Shown one piece after another: positions 12,490 through 25,500 of a stretch of DNA of 64,000 nucleotides (positions are counted from its first letter, which is position 1; each line of letters opens with the position of its first letter). The notes beneath the pieces are model-generated. The model searched no databases, had not been told where the DNA came from, and saw only the letters and a list, made by a program, of their open reading frames with translations. Location: positions 116,374,001-116,438,000 of the forward strand of contig JBITNC010000001.1 in NCBI GenBank assembly GCA_050084985.1, given 5' to 3'. Made by a program: the position numbers and the translations under genes. This stretch comes from Nageia nagi. Lineage: Eukaryota; Plantae; Pinophyta.

Positions 12490-15400
12490 GGGAGTTGCTA
12501 AGTCCAAGCATCTTCCTAAACTTCTCAAACTTTTCTCTTCCAAGTACCTTGATGAAGATGTCCACTACTTTCTCATTTGTGGGACAATATTTTAGTTAAA
12601 TTGTCTTGACCTTTACATGATATCGAATCAAATGATAGTTTGTGTTGATGTGCTTTGTTCGATCATGAAACTTTATATTCTTGGCTAATTGAATTGTAAA
12701 TATTATCAATCAGAAGTGGAGTTAGATTCACCTATTTTTCTTGTAAATCTTCTAGTATCTTCTTGAGCCACACAATATTCTTTATTACCTCTATAGAAGC
12801 CACATACTCTACCTTTGTAATGGAATATACTGAAATAGATTACTTTCATGATCTCTAATAGATAGCTTCTAATCCAAGACTCATGGCATATCCTGAAGTT
12901 GAAACTCTATTTTTTTTATCACCATCAAAGTTTGAATCTATATATCTAATCAAATTGAAGTCTTCTAATTTGGAATACTTGAGCCCTAATTCCTGTATGC
13001 CTTTCAAATATCAGAGAAATCTTTTTTTTGTATTCTAATGCCCTTCACATGATTTTTGCATAAATTGAGAGAGAATTCCAACCATAAATAAAATGTATTT
13101 CCTGGTTGTGGTTAGATATATGAGACTTCCAACAAGTTGTCTATACTTCATTGCATATTCAAATGAATTAATTCCCTTCAATAGATTTCCACTTCAAATT
13201 TTGTTCCATTGGAGTGGAAAGAGGATTACAATCTATCATGCCAAATCTGTTCAATAATTATCAAATGTACTTTCTTTGGGAAATAAAAATGTACCTTATG
13301 TTTTGCATCACTTCAATGCCCAAACAGTAATGAAGATTTCCCATATCTATCATTTCAAAACTCTCTTCAAATCTTATTTCATAGATATAATGTAACTTTA
13401 ATTATTTCTAGTTATCAAAAGATCATCTACATACACCATAAGATATACAATAGTTTTACCAATGTTTCTAATAAACAAAGTTGCATCATCTAGATTAAAA
13501 TGTTCAAAGTTTATCTTGAAAATATGCTTAGTCAGCTTTTTGTACCAAGTGTGAGGAGCTTATTTTAGGCTATACAAGGATTTGATGAGCTTACAAACTT
13601 TTTGTTCGTAACCCTTCACTACAAATCCTTCTGGTTGTCTCATGTACACATTTTATTTCAAATAAACATTCAAGAAAGTAGTCTTCACATCCATCTAATA
13701 AAATTTTCATTCATGCTAAGCTAACATTGCCAACAAAGAATGAATAGTAACCCATTTTGGTATGAGAGTAAAGGTCTCATCATAGTCAATACCTTGTTTA
13801 TGTCCAAAACCCTTAACCACAAGTCTCACTTTGTGTTTCTCAAGTGAGCCATCTAATTTGTACTTATTTTTGTAGATGCACTTTCATCTAATAGGTTTGG
13901 TTCCATATGGAGGATCCACCAACGTCCATGTCTCATTCTTGATGAGAGCATCATACTCTTTTTTCATAGCATCCTTCCAGACATCATGAGATAAAGCTTA
14001 TTTAAATAAAGTTGATTCATAATAAATTCAATTCATAATCAAAAGAACATTCCATATCCTTAATATCATCACCTGAATCTAAACCCTCTACTAATTCATA
14101 TTCAATTCTATCTCTATAGGAACTCCTAGATCCTATCTCTCCAACTTCATCAAGATTAATACTCTCAAGTGTTTTGGAGAGCCACTTAGAAATCATCTGC
14201 GATGGTTTTGGTTTCTCAACAAGCTACAAATGTTCTTCATTTTCTTATATATTCAACCTACCAATCCCTTCAATCACATCATCCAAACAACCTACTAAAA
14301 CTAATAAAGAGGAAGGATCTTATTATGGTGGAGGAGGTGCTTGTACTATTGGACTAAGTACTTTTGAAATAAGAACAAGTGGTGTAGATTCCAAAATTTG
14401 ATCCAATATAGGGATCACCCTCTCAATGTTTGGAATCTCATAATCGTGTTTAGAGAAATGCTTTCCATGGATAAACCTATCAAGGTGATCAAGCTACTTC
14501 TCAACAATCGAGTCACTCTTAGAATATTCTAGAAAAATGACATCCCTTGCAAAGAGAAAATTTTGTTTACCTTATCATAAAGCTTATAGTCCTTGGTAGT
14601 ATCTGAGTACCCCAAGAGAATACATTTTCAACTCCTAGAACCAATTTTATTTATTTTTTCCTTAGGTACTAGGGCATAATAGGTGGAACCAAAAATCCTA
14701 AGATATCAAACCAAAGGAACACAACCAAACCATATTTCATATGAAGTCCTACCATCAAGAGAATAAGATGGACATTTATTTCTAACATACACTACACAAC
14801 CAACTACATTACCCCAAAACATCATTTTCATGTTCTTGAAAAATAACATTTCCCATGTCATATTCAACAAAGTTCTATTCATCCTTTTAACTACACAATT
14901 CTATTATGGATTATAGGGAACAATTATTTGATACTTGATTCCATGCTGACTAAGATAGTTCTTGAATTCAACTAAAGTGTATTCACCCCATTATCAAAAT
15001 GAAGTGTTTTAATATAAGTGTAAGCTTCTTTCTCAATTATCACATGAAATTATTTAAACTTTTTAAAATATTCAAACTTGTTCTTTAACAAATACACCTA
15101 ACACATCCTAGTGTAATCATCTATGAGAGTCATGATATATTTATTTCCAACACTAGAAGGGATAGGAAATGGTCCACACAAATCAAAGTGTACGAGTTCT
15201 AATTTTCTACATGCTCTAAAATTTGAATCATGAAAAGGTTATTTGTTGAAGTTTCCTAGGACACATGCTTCACAAGATCCTATATTCCTAGGAATAGCAA
15301 GCAATCTTAAAAAATATCTCTTTTTCAACAAATGAATATAATCAAAATTAATATGGCCAAATCTTGCATGCCACAAAATACTAGATGAGAGAGTACCTTT

Positions 15401-16686
15401 TTCTTAATAGGTGAGGTAGTAAAAATTTGTTGATTTGATAGAATTTTCATGCATCTTCAACAACTTATCATCCTCCCCACAATTTATCACCACTTTGTTT
15501 TTCGAAGACCTCCTTATCTCTATAATGCCATTGAACATATGAATTGAGTATCCTTGTTATCGAATGAGCATAACAGATAACAAGTTCCTTTGGAATTGAG
15601 GAAGATAGAGCACATTATGAAGAACCATATCTAGAAGGCTTGAAAATTTGGGTTTCATAGTACCAATGCCTGAAGGTTTGATACAAGATTTATTAGCAAA
15701 GTATATCACACCATCAATGTTGATATTCACCTCTTCAAATAATTCTCTTCGAAATACCATGTGACATTTCTCACTAGTATCAAGTAACCATGCATCCCCC
15801 AAGATGCAAAGGAAGTATTACACAAATTTTCAATTTTATTGTTACAATATGCTATAACATAATGAGTGGAATCAAAATTCTTACTCTTGTCTTGCTCCTA
15901 TTTTTCATTCCTTTCTTTGATCTTGTCCCATAGAGTGTGATAGGTATTAACTTCATGGCCTCGTCTATTGCATCTTTTACAATGGATATTGTTCCTCTCA
16001 TCACGATTACCTTGATTAGATTTGCCTCCTTGCCTCTATGTTTCCTCCTACCATGACCATAGTTTTTGCTTTCACCTTGAGAAGAATCATGTGCAACATT
16101 ATTTTCCTTTTGAGTAATACACAATGTGTCTAAAGTAGGTTCACTAGTTTTCTTGCCAAATGCCTTCTCACGTTTCGTAATCTTATCCATCAAAGTATCA
16201 AATATGAGAGACTTCAAGTTATCACTAGCTTGTTAGGATTCAAGATATTTTGAATACGTGGGGTACAATGCGTTAGTCAATGTCATGCATTATTACTCTA
16301 ATTTTAGAAATCAATGCCATAGGATAATCATTCTTTAACTCTAGGTTAAAAAGTTTCAATTAAAGTTGGATCAATTCCAATTTGTAATGGGAGTCAAACA
16401 AGTCCTTGAGTTTCTTTAGTGTATTCCAAGCATCATTAATGGAGCTAATGTGACGGTTAAACTCTTCATTGACCGAAGATGCAATCAAAGCATATGCTTT
16501 ACTAATTTTCATATTCCAAACCAAAAGCTCCTTGGCATCAGTTGGTTTGATAGGTTGGTTATCACCATCACAAATATCAACCCAAAAATAATTGAAAATT
16601 AAAGTATGCTTTATTTTCCTAGACCACTTCGGCCAATTTTCATTTTCGGTTAAAACAACACCAACAATACTCACAAGGGAATGCAT
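12490..16686 (-). pseudogene. Copia gag-pol polyprotein, disrupted
   Basis: Motifs as listed for the element, with many stops and frameshifts. Confidence 0.92.
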
Positions 16687-17706
16687 ATTTGAAATAAAAA
16701 CTTCAAACTTTATTTATTTTCCTTTTTCAAACTTTTAAAATTCAATAAATTGCAAAAACTTTACCAAAAAATAACATCCACACAAAATGAAATTTGTTTT
16801 TCTCACACCACACCAAAAATTGCAAAAAGAATAGAGTATCTCAAAGGAGATTTATTACATCACACATCTCCTCTTATGAGGAGGATTTCTTCTAGGAATT
16901 AAGTTTTAAGGAGATGGCATAATGGAAGTAGAAGTAACATCAGATAGTTCAACAATATAATCTTTGTCTTCATTATCTTCCACATCGATCAAGTAACTAT
17001 TTTCTAGTTCTAATTTTATTTTTTCAGCTTCAAGTGTAAGATAATACTCTAAGGTGTAGAATCCCTCAATTATGCCAAATTCACCAAAATCTAAATCAAA
17101 TGTCATATTATCTTTTCTAACATATTTATTAATTATTCACCAAAAATAATATCCATCAACTACCATAACTAAAATCTGCTCTAATTCTAGACTCAACAAA
17201 AAAAATCGTTGAAAATGGAGTTCATTACAGCAAGTTATGGCAAAAAAGGTCTTCAAAATTTAAAACTACTCCAAAAATGAATTAAATGTTAACTGTGTAT
17301 GCTAACTATGCCAAAAATGTTTTCTAGGTAGGTTAAACAATAAAATTATGTAGAATCTATTCTGTACAACTATCAACTATGGTAAAAAATGCGCAAAGTA
17401 CAAGATGGCACCACTTGTCATGTTGAGGGCATAAGTTTAGAGAGAAACAATGGGTTGTTTGAACTAGAAAAAAGGGTGCATGTTGGGCATGTGTTATATG
17501 GTGTGGACATGTTGGGTGGGTAGTTGATCAAGTCAGAGCCATTTTGGAAAGCACACAGGGAAGGTTTTTGATAAGTTGAAGGCCGTTTGGGAGATGCGAG
17601 TGTTGGTGTGTAGATGGGAGGTGCATGTTGTGAGAAGTGTGAAAATGGTATTGGGGGCACAATGGTATCCAATGTTGCAAGTTTAAACCATTTGGGGAGA
17701 GTGGTT

Positions 17707-17834
17707 TTGGACAATGCATAGTGGTCTTGGATGACATATTGGACAATGCGCAGGGATCTTGGATGACATATTGGACAATGTGCAGGGGTCTTGGATGGTG
17801 TATTAGATAATGCATAGGGGTATTGGATGACATA
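17707..17834. repeat. 4 x 32-bp minisatellite in the Copia 5' leader
   Basis: Units of consensus TTGGACAATGCA(T/C)AGGGGTCTTGGATGACATA start at 17707, 17739, 17771 and 17803. Confidence 0.9.
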
Positions 17835-18349
17835 CTAGATTGGGATGCCATGCATTTAGTGAAAAAAATATTTTAAACTAGATTTAGACCAATGGGTACG
17901 AGTCTTTGGATGTGAGGCACTTGAATATGACTAAAAAATGTTTCTTCTCCACAACAATGAAACTTGAAAGCACGTAGGCAAAATGGTAAGGCAACGTGTT
18001 TGGAATGGAGTTTGAAACTCCTATAATCTCAAAATAAAAAGACTACTATTCAACTAGAAATAAAAATATTATACTATTCAAATAAAACCACCAAATTTTA
18101 AAGGTAAAATTGTTGAAACAACCAGTTACAGAACACTTACTCGACTAAAATTTCAAATTGTGATAACTTCACCAAATCTCCTCATTCAAAAGGCAAAATT
18201 TCTCTCCTTGAAAATGGGTATCCAAATATGTGCTCAAAAATGGATTTTAGTGCTCATTTTCAAAGAAAAATAGAAGCAAAATTTTTGGATGAATTTTTGG
18301 TAGCATTTTTTTATCATTTTCATAGAGTTAGAGAAAGCAAAAACTCAAA

Positions 18350-18361
18350 GCTTTGATAGCA
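18350..18361 (-). other. Primer-binding site, tRNA-iMet type (degenerate)
   Basis: Minus strand TGCTATCAAAGC versus canonical TGGTATCAGAGC, next to the 5' LTR. Confidence 0.8.
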
Positions 18362-18362
18362 A

Positions 18363-18611
18363 TGTTAGGCTGGATAACTTCAAGATAAAAAAATATTATA
18401 TTATATTAGAATATTTCCTTAATACACAATAAGATTGATTCTTCACATTCACCTTATTGGGTGACCCTTGAGATAAAATATAACTCTTCATATTCTTTAA
18501 GAAATGACACTCTAAATTCTAGCACACACAAAGGTATGAATTTACTAAATATAATAAGTAACTAATATTATACTAGATATACCATAATCCTTAAGGATTA
18601 AGTATCTAACA
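18363..18611 (-). repeat. Copia 5' LTR (249 bp)
   Basis: TGTTAGGC...TCTAACA, a direct repeat of 12226-12470. Confidence 0.95.
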
Positions 18612-19263
18612 CATTTATTCTATTCTAAATGTTGTGATTTATTTATTTAATTTTATGAAGGAAATTAAATAAATAAAATTGTAAAAGCAGTGTAGTTAGT
18701 TTAATATTTTATTTATTAATATTGAGAAACATTCTCCAATGACAAATAGAGGGAAGTATAAAGCTCATTTAGCACTTATGTATCTCTTAACAATAATAGA
18801 ATGGTTGAAATTTATCCACAATTATAACTTATATAAATAAAAGATGAAAATTAATTCACAATTTTTTTTTTTAATATTTAATTGTTGTTATGTAATGTAT
18901 AAAATTATTTAAAATAAACACCTCAAAATTTTGTAGATATGTTTTTATAAATATATTTTTAAAATATCTAAACTAGTTTTATTTGATATAAAAATAAAAT
19001 AAATAGAAATATACAAAATACTTGTAAGAAAAAAAAAACATATTTTTAATTCCCAAATGGAGGGACTATTATTTTTAACAAGGGTGTGAGAATCTCCCCT
19101 CCCTTTCGATGAAGCCCAAGTTAGATCTGGGTTCCCATGATGACCACACCTCTTGTTGCCTTGGAGTCTAACATGTGTGGTATAGGGGTATAGGGCTAGA
19201 AGCCCTTGCTGGAGTAGCTATGGATCAAGCCCTTCGGGTTGTAGTTTGATTTTTTGCTTAAGT

Positions 19264-20262
19264 TTCAAATGCTATCTTTTATTAAAAGAAACATTTGAAC
19301 TTCTATTTTAATTGTTACCTAATTAGTATTTAAATAAATTATAGTTTTAAATTTAAACATAATGCTTTAAACTAAAAAGAAAATAGAACTTAGCTTAATA
19401 TAATTATTTCTAAAATTTAAAAATTTCTATTTAGATTTTAGAAATAAATTTTTGCTAATGTTATTAGATTTGGCTTTTTAATTAGAAATTTTTAAATTTA
19501 AAAAGATAAGTTAGATATTAGATAGAATAATTTTTTTCAAAAAAATTAAGCTATTTTTATTTTAAAAAGTGTTTATATTGTTTGAAAAAGTGATTATTTC
19601 TTTAATATTAATTTTGAGACTAGTTTTAAATTTAAATAAGGAGGATTTAAATTTAGAAAGTTAAGTTAATATTAAAGAAAATAAAAATTTTTATTAATGA
19701 TTTATTATAAATATTTTATTTTAAATAATTATAATAAATCACTCTTTAATATTAAAAAAATAATCACTTTTTCAAACAATATAAATGATTTTTAAAATAA
19801 AAACTTTTTAATTTTATTTAAAAAAAATTACTATTTAATAATTAACTTATCTTTTTAAATTTAAAAATTTCTATTAAATTTAAAAGTTAAATCTAAGAAC
19901 ATTACCCAAAATTTATTTATAAGATCTAAATAGCAAATCTAGCATGCATAGGAGAATTGGAGAAAACTTTCAAATGCATAATGAGAGGCTTAGGTTCAAA
20001 TCTCCCCCCTTGCATACATGTGGATATGTAACATATGGTGGATACCAATATACCTTGCACAAACTTGTAACTCATCCAAAAAAGCAAAAATCTAAGTAGC
20101 AATTTTTAAATTTTAGAAACAATTGTATTAAGCTAATTTCAATTTTTTAAAATTTAAAGCATTTCATTTAGATTTAAAACTAAAATTCATTTAAATACTA
20201 ATGAAGTAACAATTAAAATAGAACTTCAAATGTTTCTTTTAATAAAAGACAACAATTTTGAA
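19264..20262. mobile_element. AT-rich foldback element 1 (non-autonomous DNA transposon-like)
   Basis: Arm 19264-19611 is the reverse complement of 19746-20262 once the SINE is removed, e.g. TCTTTTATTAAAAGAAACATTTGAA / TTCAAATGTTTCTTTTAATAAAAGA and TTATATTGTTTGAAAAAGTGATTATTT / AAATAATCACTTTTTCAAACAATATAA. Confidence 0.8.
19937..20089 (+). mobile_element. tRNA-derived SINE (~150 bp)
   Basis: A-box-like TAGGAGAATTGG (19949-19960) and B-box GGTTCAAATCT (19993-20003) at tRNA-like spacing. A-rich tail. 13-bp TSD ATCTAA(A/G)TAGCAA at 19924-19936 and 20090-20102. Absent from the mirror arm. Confidence 0.85.
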
Positions 20263-21619
20263 TTATTCTTTTAAGTGCGTAGTAGTAATTTGGTTTCTTA
20301 TCAACTTAGCTTTCCATGGTACCCCTTTGGATTTTATACATCATATTACATGGTAGTTGGTACCCACATGGCTAAATGTGGGTCTTTTTTTTCAAGGTTA
20401 TAAGCTGTGAAACAATATGAGCGATTAAAATATAAATCTAATGTTTAATTTTATTTTCAAGGCTATAAAATGGAAAAAGGTGGACATTTTTTTGACATTT
20501 TGACTGTCTAGGGCTGTAGACGAGGGTAAAAAAATTAGCTAATCCTAAATTTCAAAAAAATAAACTTGTAATTGATTCAAAAAAAAAAAATTAGCTTGTA
20601 AGAGATCAATAGCTACTAAGAAAATCCATGTCCATCGGAGATAACATCTATCTCCTAAAGTTTATTTATTATCTCTTCTCGACCTTGATTGTTTGCCCAA
20701 GTCAAATACTTATAGATGAAGGAGATTTATTACTTAAATGTATTTCACCATTGTCTAATTCATTTCATTGAAGCATAAATTGAACTTGTAATAAAATAAA
20801 ATAATTCATACTAACATCAAAGTAACATTATTTACATAAAGCAAAGTAAAAATCATAGTGTTATACATTTGCATTACATCATTTTCATCAAATCACAATG
20901 TACAAATATTTCCTCATTACAATAATACAATATATCTTTTCATAGTAAATTTTAGATACAACTTCAAATAATCAATTTCTAGATCTTCAACTCTTAGCTC
21001 CAAGTGAGTCACCTTCTAGGTTGGCACAAATGGAAATGATCAAGTCAACCTTCTTATATTTCCCTAAATGCAATCAGATGATTTCTAGAAAAGAAAAGTA
21101 CATATAGACCTTCATTATTTTCTAAAAGTCATCAATAGCAATTTCAAAATGAATAATCATTCAATTTTGCTCTCTAACTTCGCATAAGAATAATTTGTAC
21201 ATTAAAACATTATGCCTAGGGATTTTTATAGTGGCTATTCATCTCTTACAAGCTAATTTTTTTTTTTGAATCTTTTACAAGATAAAATTTATTTTTTTAA
21301 AATTTAGATTACTTTTTTTTTTGGCCCCCACTCAAGACCTTAGATAGTTAAAATGCCAAAAAATCCACTTTTTTACATCTTAGAGTCTTGAAAATAAAAT
21401 TAAAAATAAAATTTATATTTCAATCATCCATATTGTTTCACACCTTATAATCTTGAAAATAAAAATAAAAATAAAAATTAGAAAAACTCATTATATAACC
21501 TTGAAAAAAAAAACACCACCTATTTAGCCACATGTATAAAAGCTAAAGGGGTACCATGGAGAGCTAAGTTGATAAGGAACTCAAATTGCTATGGCATGCT
21601 TACAAGAATAACTCAAAGC
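20256..21619. mobile_element. Foldback element 2 with ~370-400-bp inverted arms (Mutator/foldback-like, non-autonomous)
   Basis: 20256-20630 is inverted relative to 21212-21619, e.g. CTTATCAACTTAGCTTTCCATGGTACCCCTTT / AAAGGGGTACCATGGAGAGCTAAGTTGATAAG. Internal part is ~580 bp. TSD not identified. Confidence 0.75.
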
Positions 21620-22627
21620 AATTATGCCCAAAAAATTGACACATATCACTAATGATATGTAGCTTAAGATTTTAGGAACGACATTGATCCAAAAATTTGG
21701 ATTCTTACGTTTGATTAAATATTCAATCTCAATATTTTCTTCTCTCCTCAACTCTATTATAATTCTTGTAGTTTTGAAAAAAAAATTATGGTTTAATTTT
21801 CATTTAATTTTAAAATTTTGTATTTAAATAACAAAATACAAAAGGAAATATTTGCAAATGTTGATTTAAAACAATATTGCAAAATAAAATAATACTTTTC
21901 AATTAAAATCCATTTTTAAAATATAGAATTAAATATTCAAAAATGAAAAGACCATTATTTTTTGTCTTATATGTAAAAGCATGTGAAAAGGTGTAAATAA
22001 AAAAATACCCACCAAAAATAGTCACATCATGACTATTCAAAAGTCTTAATAATAGGTGGGCATATATAAAAAAATCGAATGGAAGAGTACGCATGGATTA
22101 GCTGTGGAGAAATTCGCTTGAAGTACACCAATGTAGATGATATTTTGGAGACGTCCTGATAAATATAACGACATCATCATCAAAAGTTATAAAGATGATA
22201 TCATCAAAACTTATAATATGATGTATATATTTACTTCTCATTACAACATTTTCACATTTTATGAGATGGATGAATGACACAAAAATCAAGATAGTATTTT
22301 ATTTTTTTTAGTGAAAGATTGATTTTTTGAGTGAAGTAACAATATTTTTTCAAATATAATCATGTTTTATATCAAATGAATTGGAAACAACATTTTGAAT
22401 TCAATGGTGGTATTATTTTTTAAATTTTAATTATCAATTTATCAAAAATCAAAGATTTCAATTGTTGGTAGAGTGTTAATTTTACACTCAAAGTCTAATT
22501 TTGGGATATTGGGTCAACAAATTGAGTTCAAATTTGAACCAGAGGTTGGGATAAGATTGGGGATTGTACAAAGATCAAAGTTTTTGCAAATTTATTATAA
22601 TTGAAGCTCCATTTTAAGTTCATAAAA

Positions 22628-24087
22628 TGTGATGAGCCATTTTTGGGCTCACTCCTCAAACATGCCCTAGGAGAGGGATGATTAGTTTTTGGTTTCCAAA
22701 CTTCTCCAAACAAGCTTAAAAATATACTAATATTCAAACGAATTGCTAGAGATGATATTTTTAGCAATAGAAATTCAAAAATACTCATAATACCCCAACA
22801 TCCAATTATGCTTAATAATGACACCAAACTAACATGCAATCTCTCATGTATTCCAATGAATTATTTAGGAAGCAAAATGATAAATTAAAAATGCAAAATA
22901 CCTCCACATATCCAACATCTGATTAGAATGGAAAAGATAAGTCTGAATATACAAAATATCCCTAGTAATACAACATTGCAAATAGGAAATAACAACAATT
23001 ATTCAACAATACAAACTACACTTTAAATCCAACATACAAACATACAAAGATAGATAACAAGATTTTGATAAAAAAAGTAATTATATTGATAAGAAATACT
23101 AGAAGCGCAATTACAATAGTTTTTATCAACCTATGAAGTTTATACTAGAACTGTCTCTTATAAGGTTATTTTGGATGGCTCCAGGGACTCACCAATTCTA
23201 TAAGTAGTGAGGCAAGACCAGGTTTGCTCTATAACACAACAATGATCCTCTCAAGATGGATAAAGTAAGTTTGAAAAATGCAGGTCATCCCATAAGTGGC
23301 TAAGATAGAGTCTCTACTCAATCCAAAATAAATGGTTTATAATCAAATTTAACATGTCTCATAATGACTATAAGTTCTCATTTTATAAGTGAGGGTGATC
23401 ATATTCTAATCTTACATTGTGATAATTTGATGGTGGAGAGATGTGATCTCTATGTGCTCATATATGCAACATCTAAGATGAGGAGCCTTAGGATAAGTGA
23501 AATCACATCTAAGGGCCTAGAAAAGCTAATGTCTAAGAGGGAATGATTTTAGAGTGCCTTATGATCAATTCCATTGATCCATGTGCCTAAGAGGACAACG
23601 TGAAATCTTGGGATGCTCCCATACCCAACGTCCATATTCTAGGGCCGTCTACTTGCCTTGAGTTTGTCAATGCCTAGTTCAAAGTTTTGGGTCCATTCTT
23701 AGAGATCCAAATATTCTTATAGTTAATACAATCACCTAGGGAGATGTTCTACCTCAAAGAAGGGAGAACTAATGACTAGAGATACATTTAATATCTATGT
23801 TACAATCATTAAGGTGAAAATATGCAATACCTCATTTAATGAGACTACTATTGCATTTACAATTATAGCTTCCTTGGTAACATAAATACATTATTAGTAT
23901 TTTGAAAAATATATAAAAATAAATAAATAAAAGGACCATTTATTCCATAATTAGAGCTTTATTAAGTCTCTAAGTGAAATTTACATCATTTTGACCAATT
24001 TATACAAATATTGACAAAAACACTCCTAAATTAATGTTTCTATTTATCAAAGATGAAATGGAAAAATACCTATAAAAGGGAATTACA
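22628..24087 (-). repeat. 3' LTR (~1460 bp)
   Basis: TGTGATGAGCCATTT...ATTACA, a direct repeat of 32634-33926. Confidence 0.92.
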
Positions 24088-24299
24088 AGTCTACTCTCCC
24101 CAAATTGCTTTTCACTAAGAAATTTGGAACATTCACAGTTGTAGCAAGGTCCTCTCGATCCTCCTATTTTTCTTTACCATCATAGGTCCAAGAATCATTA
24201 ACCTTTGTCTTTCTCTTTTTGGTTGTCCCTTGTCATCTTCTTTTAAAACCTTTGACTATGTTAGTAAATACCTCTTTAGAGGTTTTTTCCATGTCCTTT

Positions 24300-24760
24300 T
24301 ATTTGGTGAAGATGTTGGGAGGTTCCCAAGTTGCCTCTTCTAGAGTAGATCTTTCCATTTAATACATACTTCATCAACAACGTGGTTTCAAAGTTGCTTC
24401 TTGCGAGCATCCAATACTTTCTCAAGAATCCATACTAAGTTCCCCTTGCTATAAATTGGGGGTAATTCTATCAAAGGCTGAGTATATGGTTCTAATGAAT
24501 CCCTTAAACATGACCCATGGAATACACTATTTATCCTAGTATTAGGGGATAAAGCTCATAGTAATTTTCCATTATAATCTTTAAGATTTCAAAGGGTCTA
24601 TAATAATAAATGATATGCTTTTCTATCCTCCTTCGATTGTTGAGAGACAACATGTATTGTTACATGCTAACGTACATATGCTCTCTTATCTTAACTTCTC
24701 TCTCCTTAACTAATGGCATAAACTATCTTGATGATTCCTCTTATCCATCTAATATTTGTT
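24300..24760 (-). pseudogene. Integrase C-terminus plus chromodomain remnant
   Basis: Minus strand reads YYRPFEIL (GPF/Y-like), RINSVFHGSCL, KVLDARKKQL and EEATWEP. Confidence 0.8.
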
Positions 24761-24773
24761 GAGATGTTGATAT

Positions 24774-25500
24774 TGTAGATGCCTAAAAATGATTTCTTTT
24801 TTTTTAATAAATCATATTTAGACTTCCTAAATGACTTATTGTAATATTACAAATATCAAGATAAAGTTGATATTACAATGTGCTAGGGTCAATGCAATGT
24901 CATATGCTATGATTCATATTTCAATTTATCTTGAATGTAATAAAGTTTATATTATTGCTCGAGGTCAACCTTCACTCCTCTCTATGTCTTTCCAAGCTAT
25001 ATATGTGAGTGGAATAGGTTGACATATATAGATTGAAACTCTTTGATATTACAAGATCTTTGATAGGCACATTTCATAATTTTCATCAAGCATCAATGTC
25101 TTTAGATGCCACCTATTATTAGAAATTGTTATACAATGAGGTCTAAAAATTTATATCTTTGGTGCACTTCATAATTCATCATATTCAATGTTGTTGATAG
25201 TGTGCTTCTCCAAGGCTATTAATGATGTGCATCTTGAGGATCAAGGGTTTCAAATTTTACTAGTATAGGCTACTGATCCATGCATATGAAGATCCATTGC
25301 AAGATCATATTTGATTCAATCCCAATCCTTTAAAGATCCATTAACATTTGCTTTTGAGGATTGCACATACACTTTATATCAAGTGCATGCTTTTCATGTA
25401 TATTTGTTGTATCATATATATTATACATATCTAGCTTTTCTTATATTGTAGATCAATTTATTTATTATATATATTCACATTTTACACAATTTAGTCTACA
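24774..25500 (+). repeat. 5' LTR of the nested element (~727 bp)
   Basis: Direct repeat of 29288-30020. Confidence 0.92.

Larger units (their letters stand above)
12226..18611 (-). mobile_element. Full-length decayed Ty1/Copia LTR retrotransposon
   Basis: Two TG...CA LTRs, a PBS and a PPT are present. Minus-strand order is gag (ORF 16360-16686), PR (AWLLDTS..CHM), INT (VHFDLCGP ~15170-15193), RT (MVYVDDL ~13420-13440), RH (RTKHI, VDIFIKVLG ~12540-12660). The TSD is not clean (TTATT vs CATTT). Confidence 0.95.

Noticed and set aside
17707-17834. 32-bp repeats as a CRISPR array
   Set aside because: The units are contiguous with no spacers, there are no cas genes, and the context is a eukaryotic retrotransposon.
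17418-17851. Pro/His/Ser-rich ORFs 17418-17714 and 17528-17851
   Set aside because: They arise from low-complexity, stop-poor repeat sequence in the Copia leader.
19050-19070. Stowaway-like terminus ATGGAGGGACTA
   Set aside because: I found no matching left terminus.
19937-20012. Functional tRNA gene
   Set aside because: The A/B boxes are degenerate and there is no convincing cloverleaf. The unrelated 3' body, A tail and TSD indicate a SINE.
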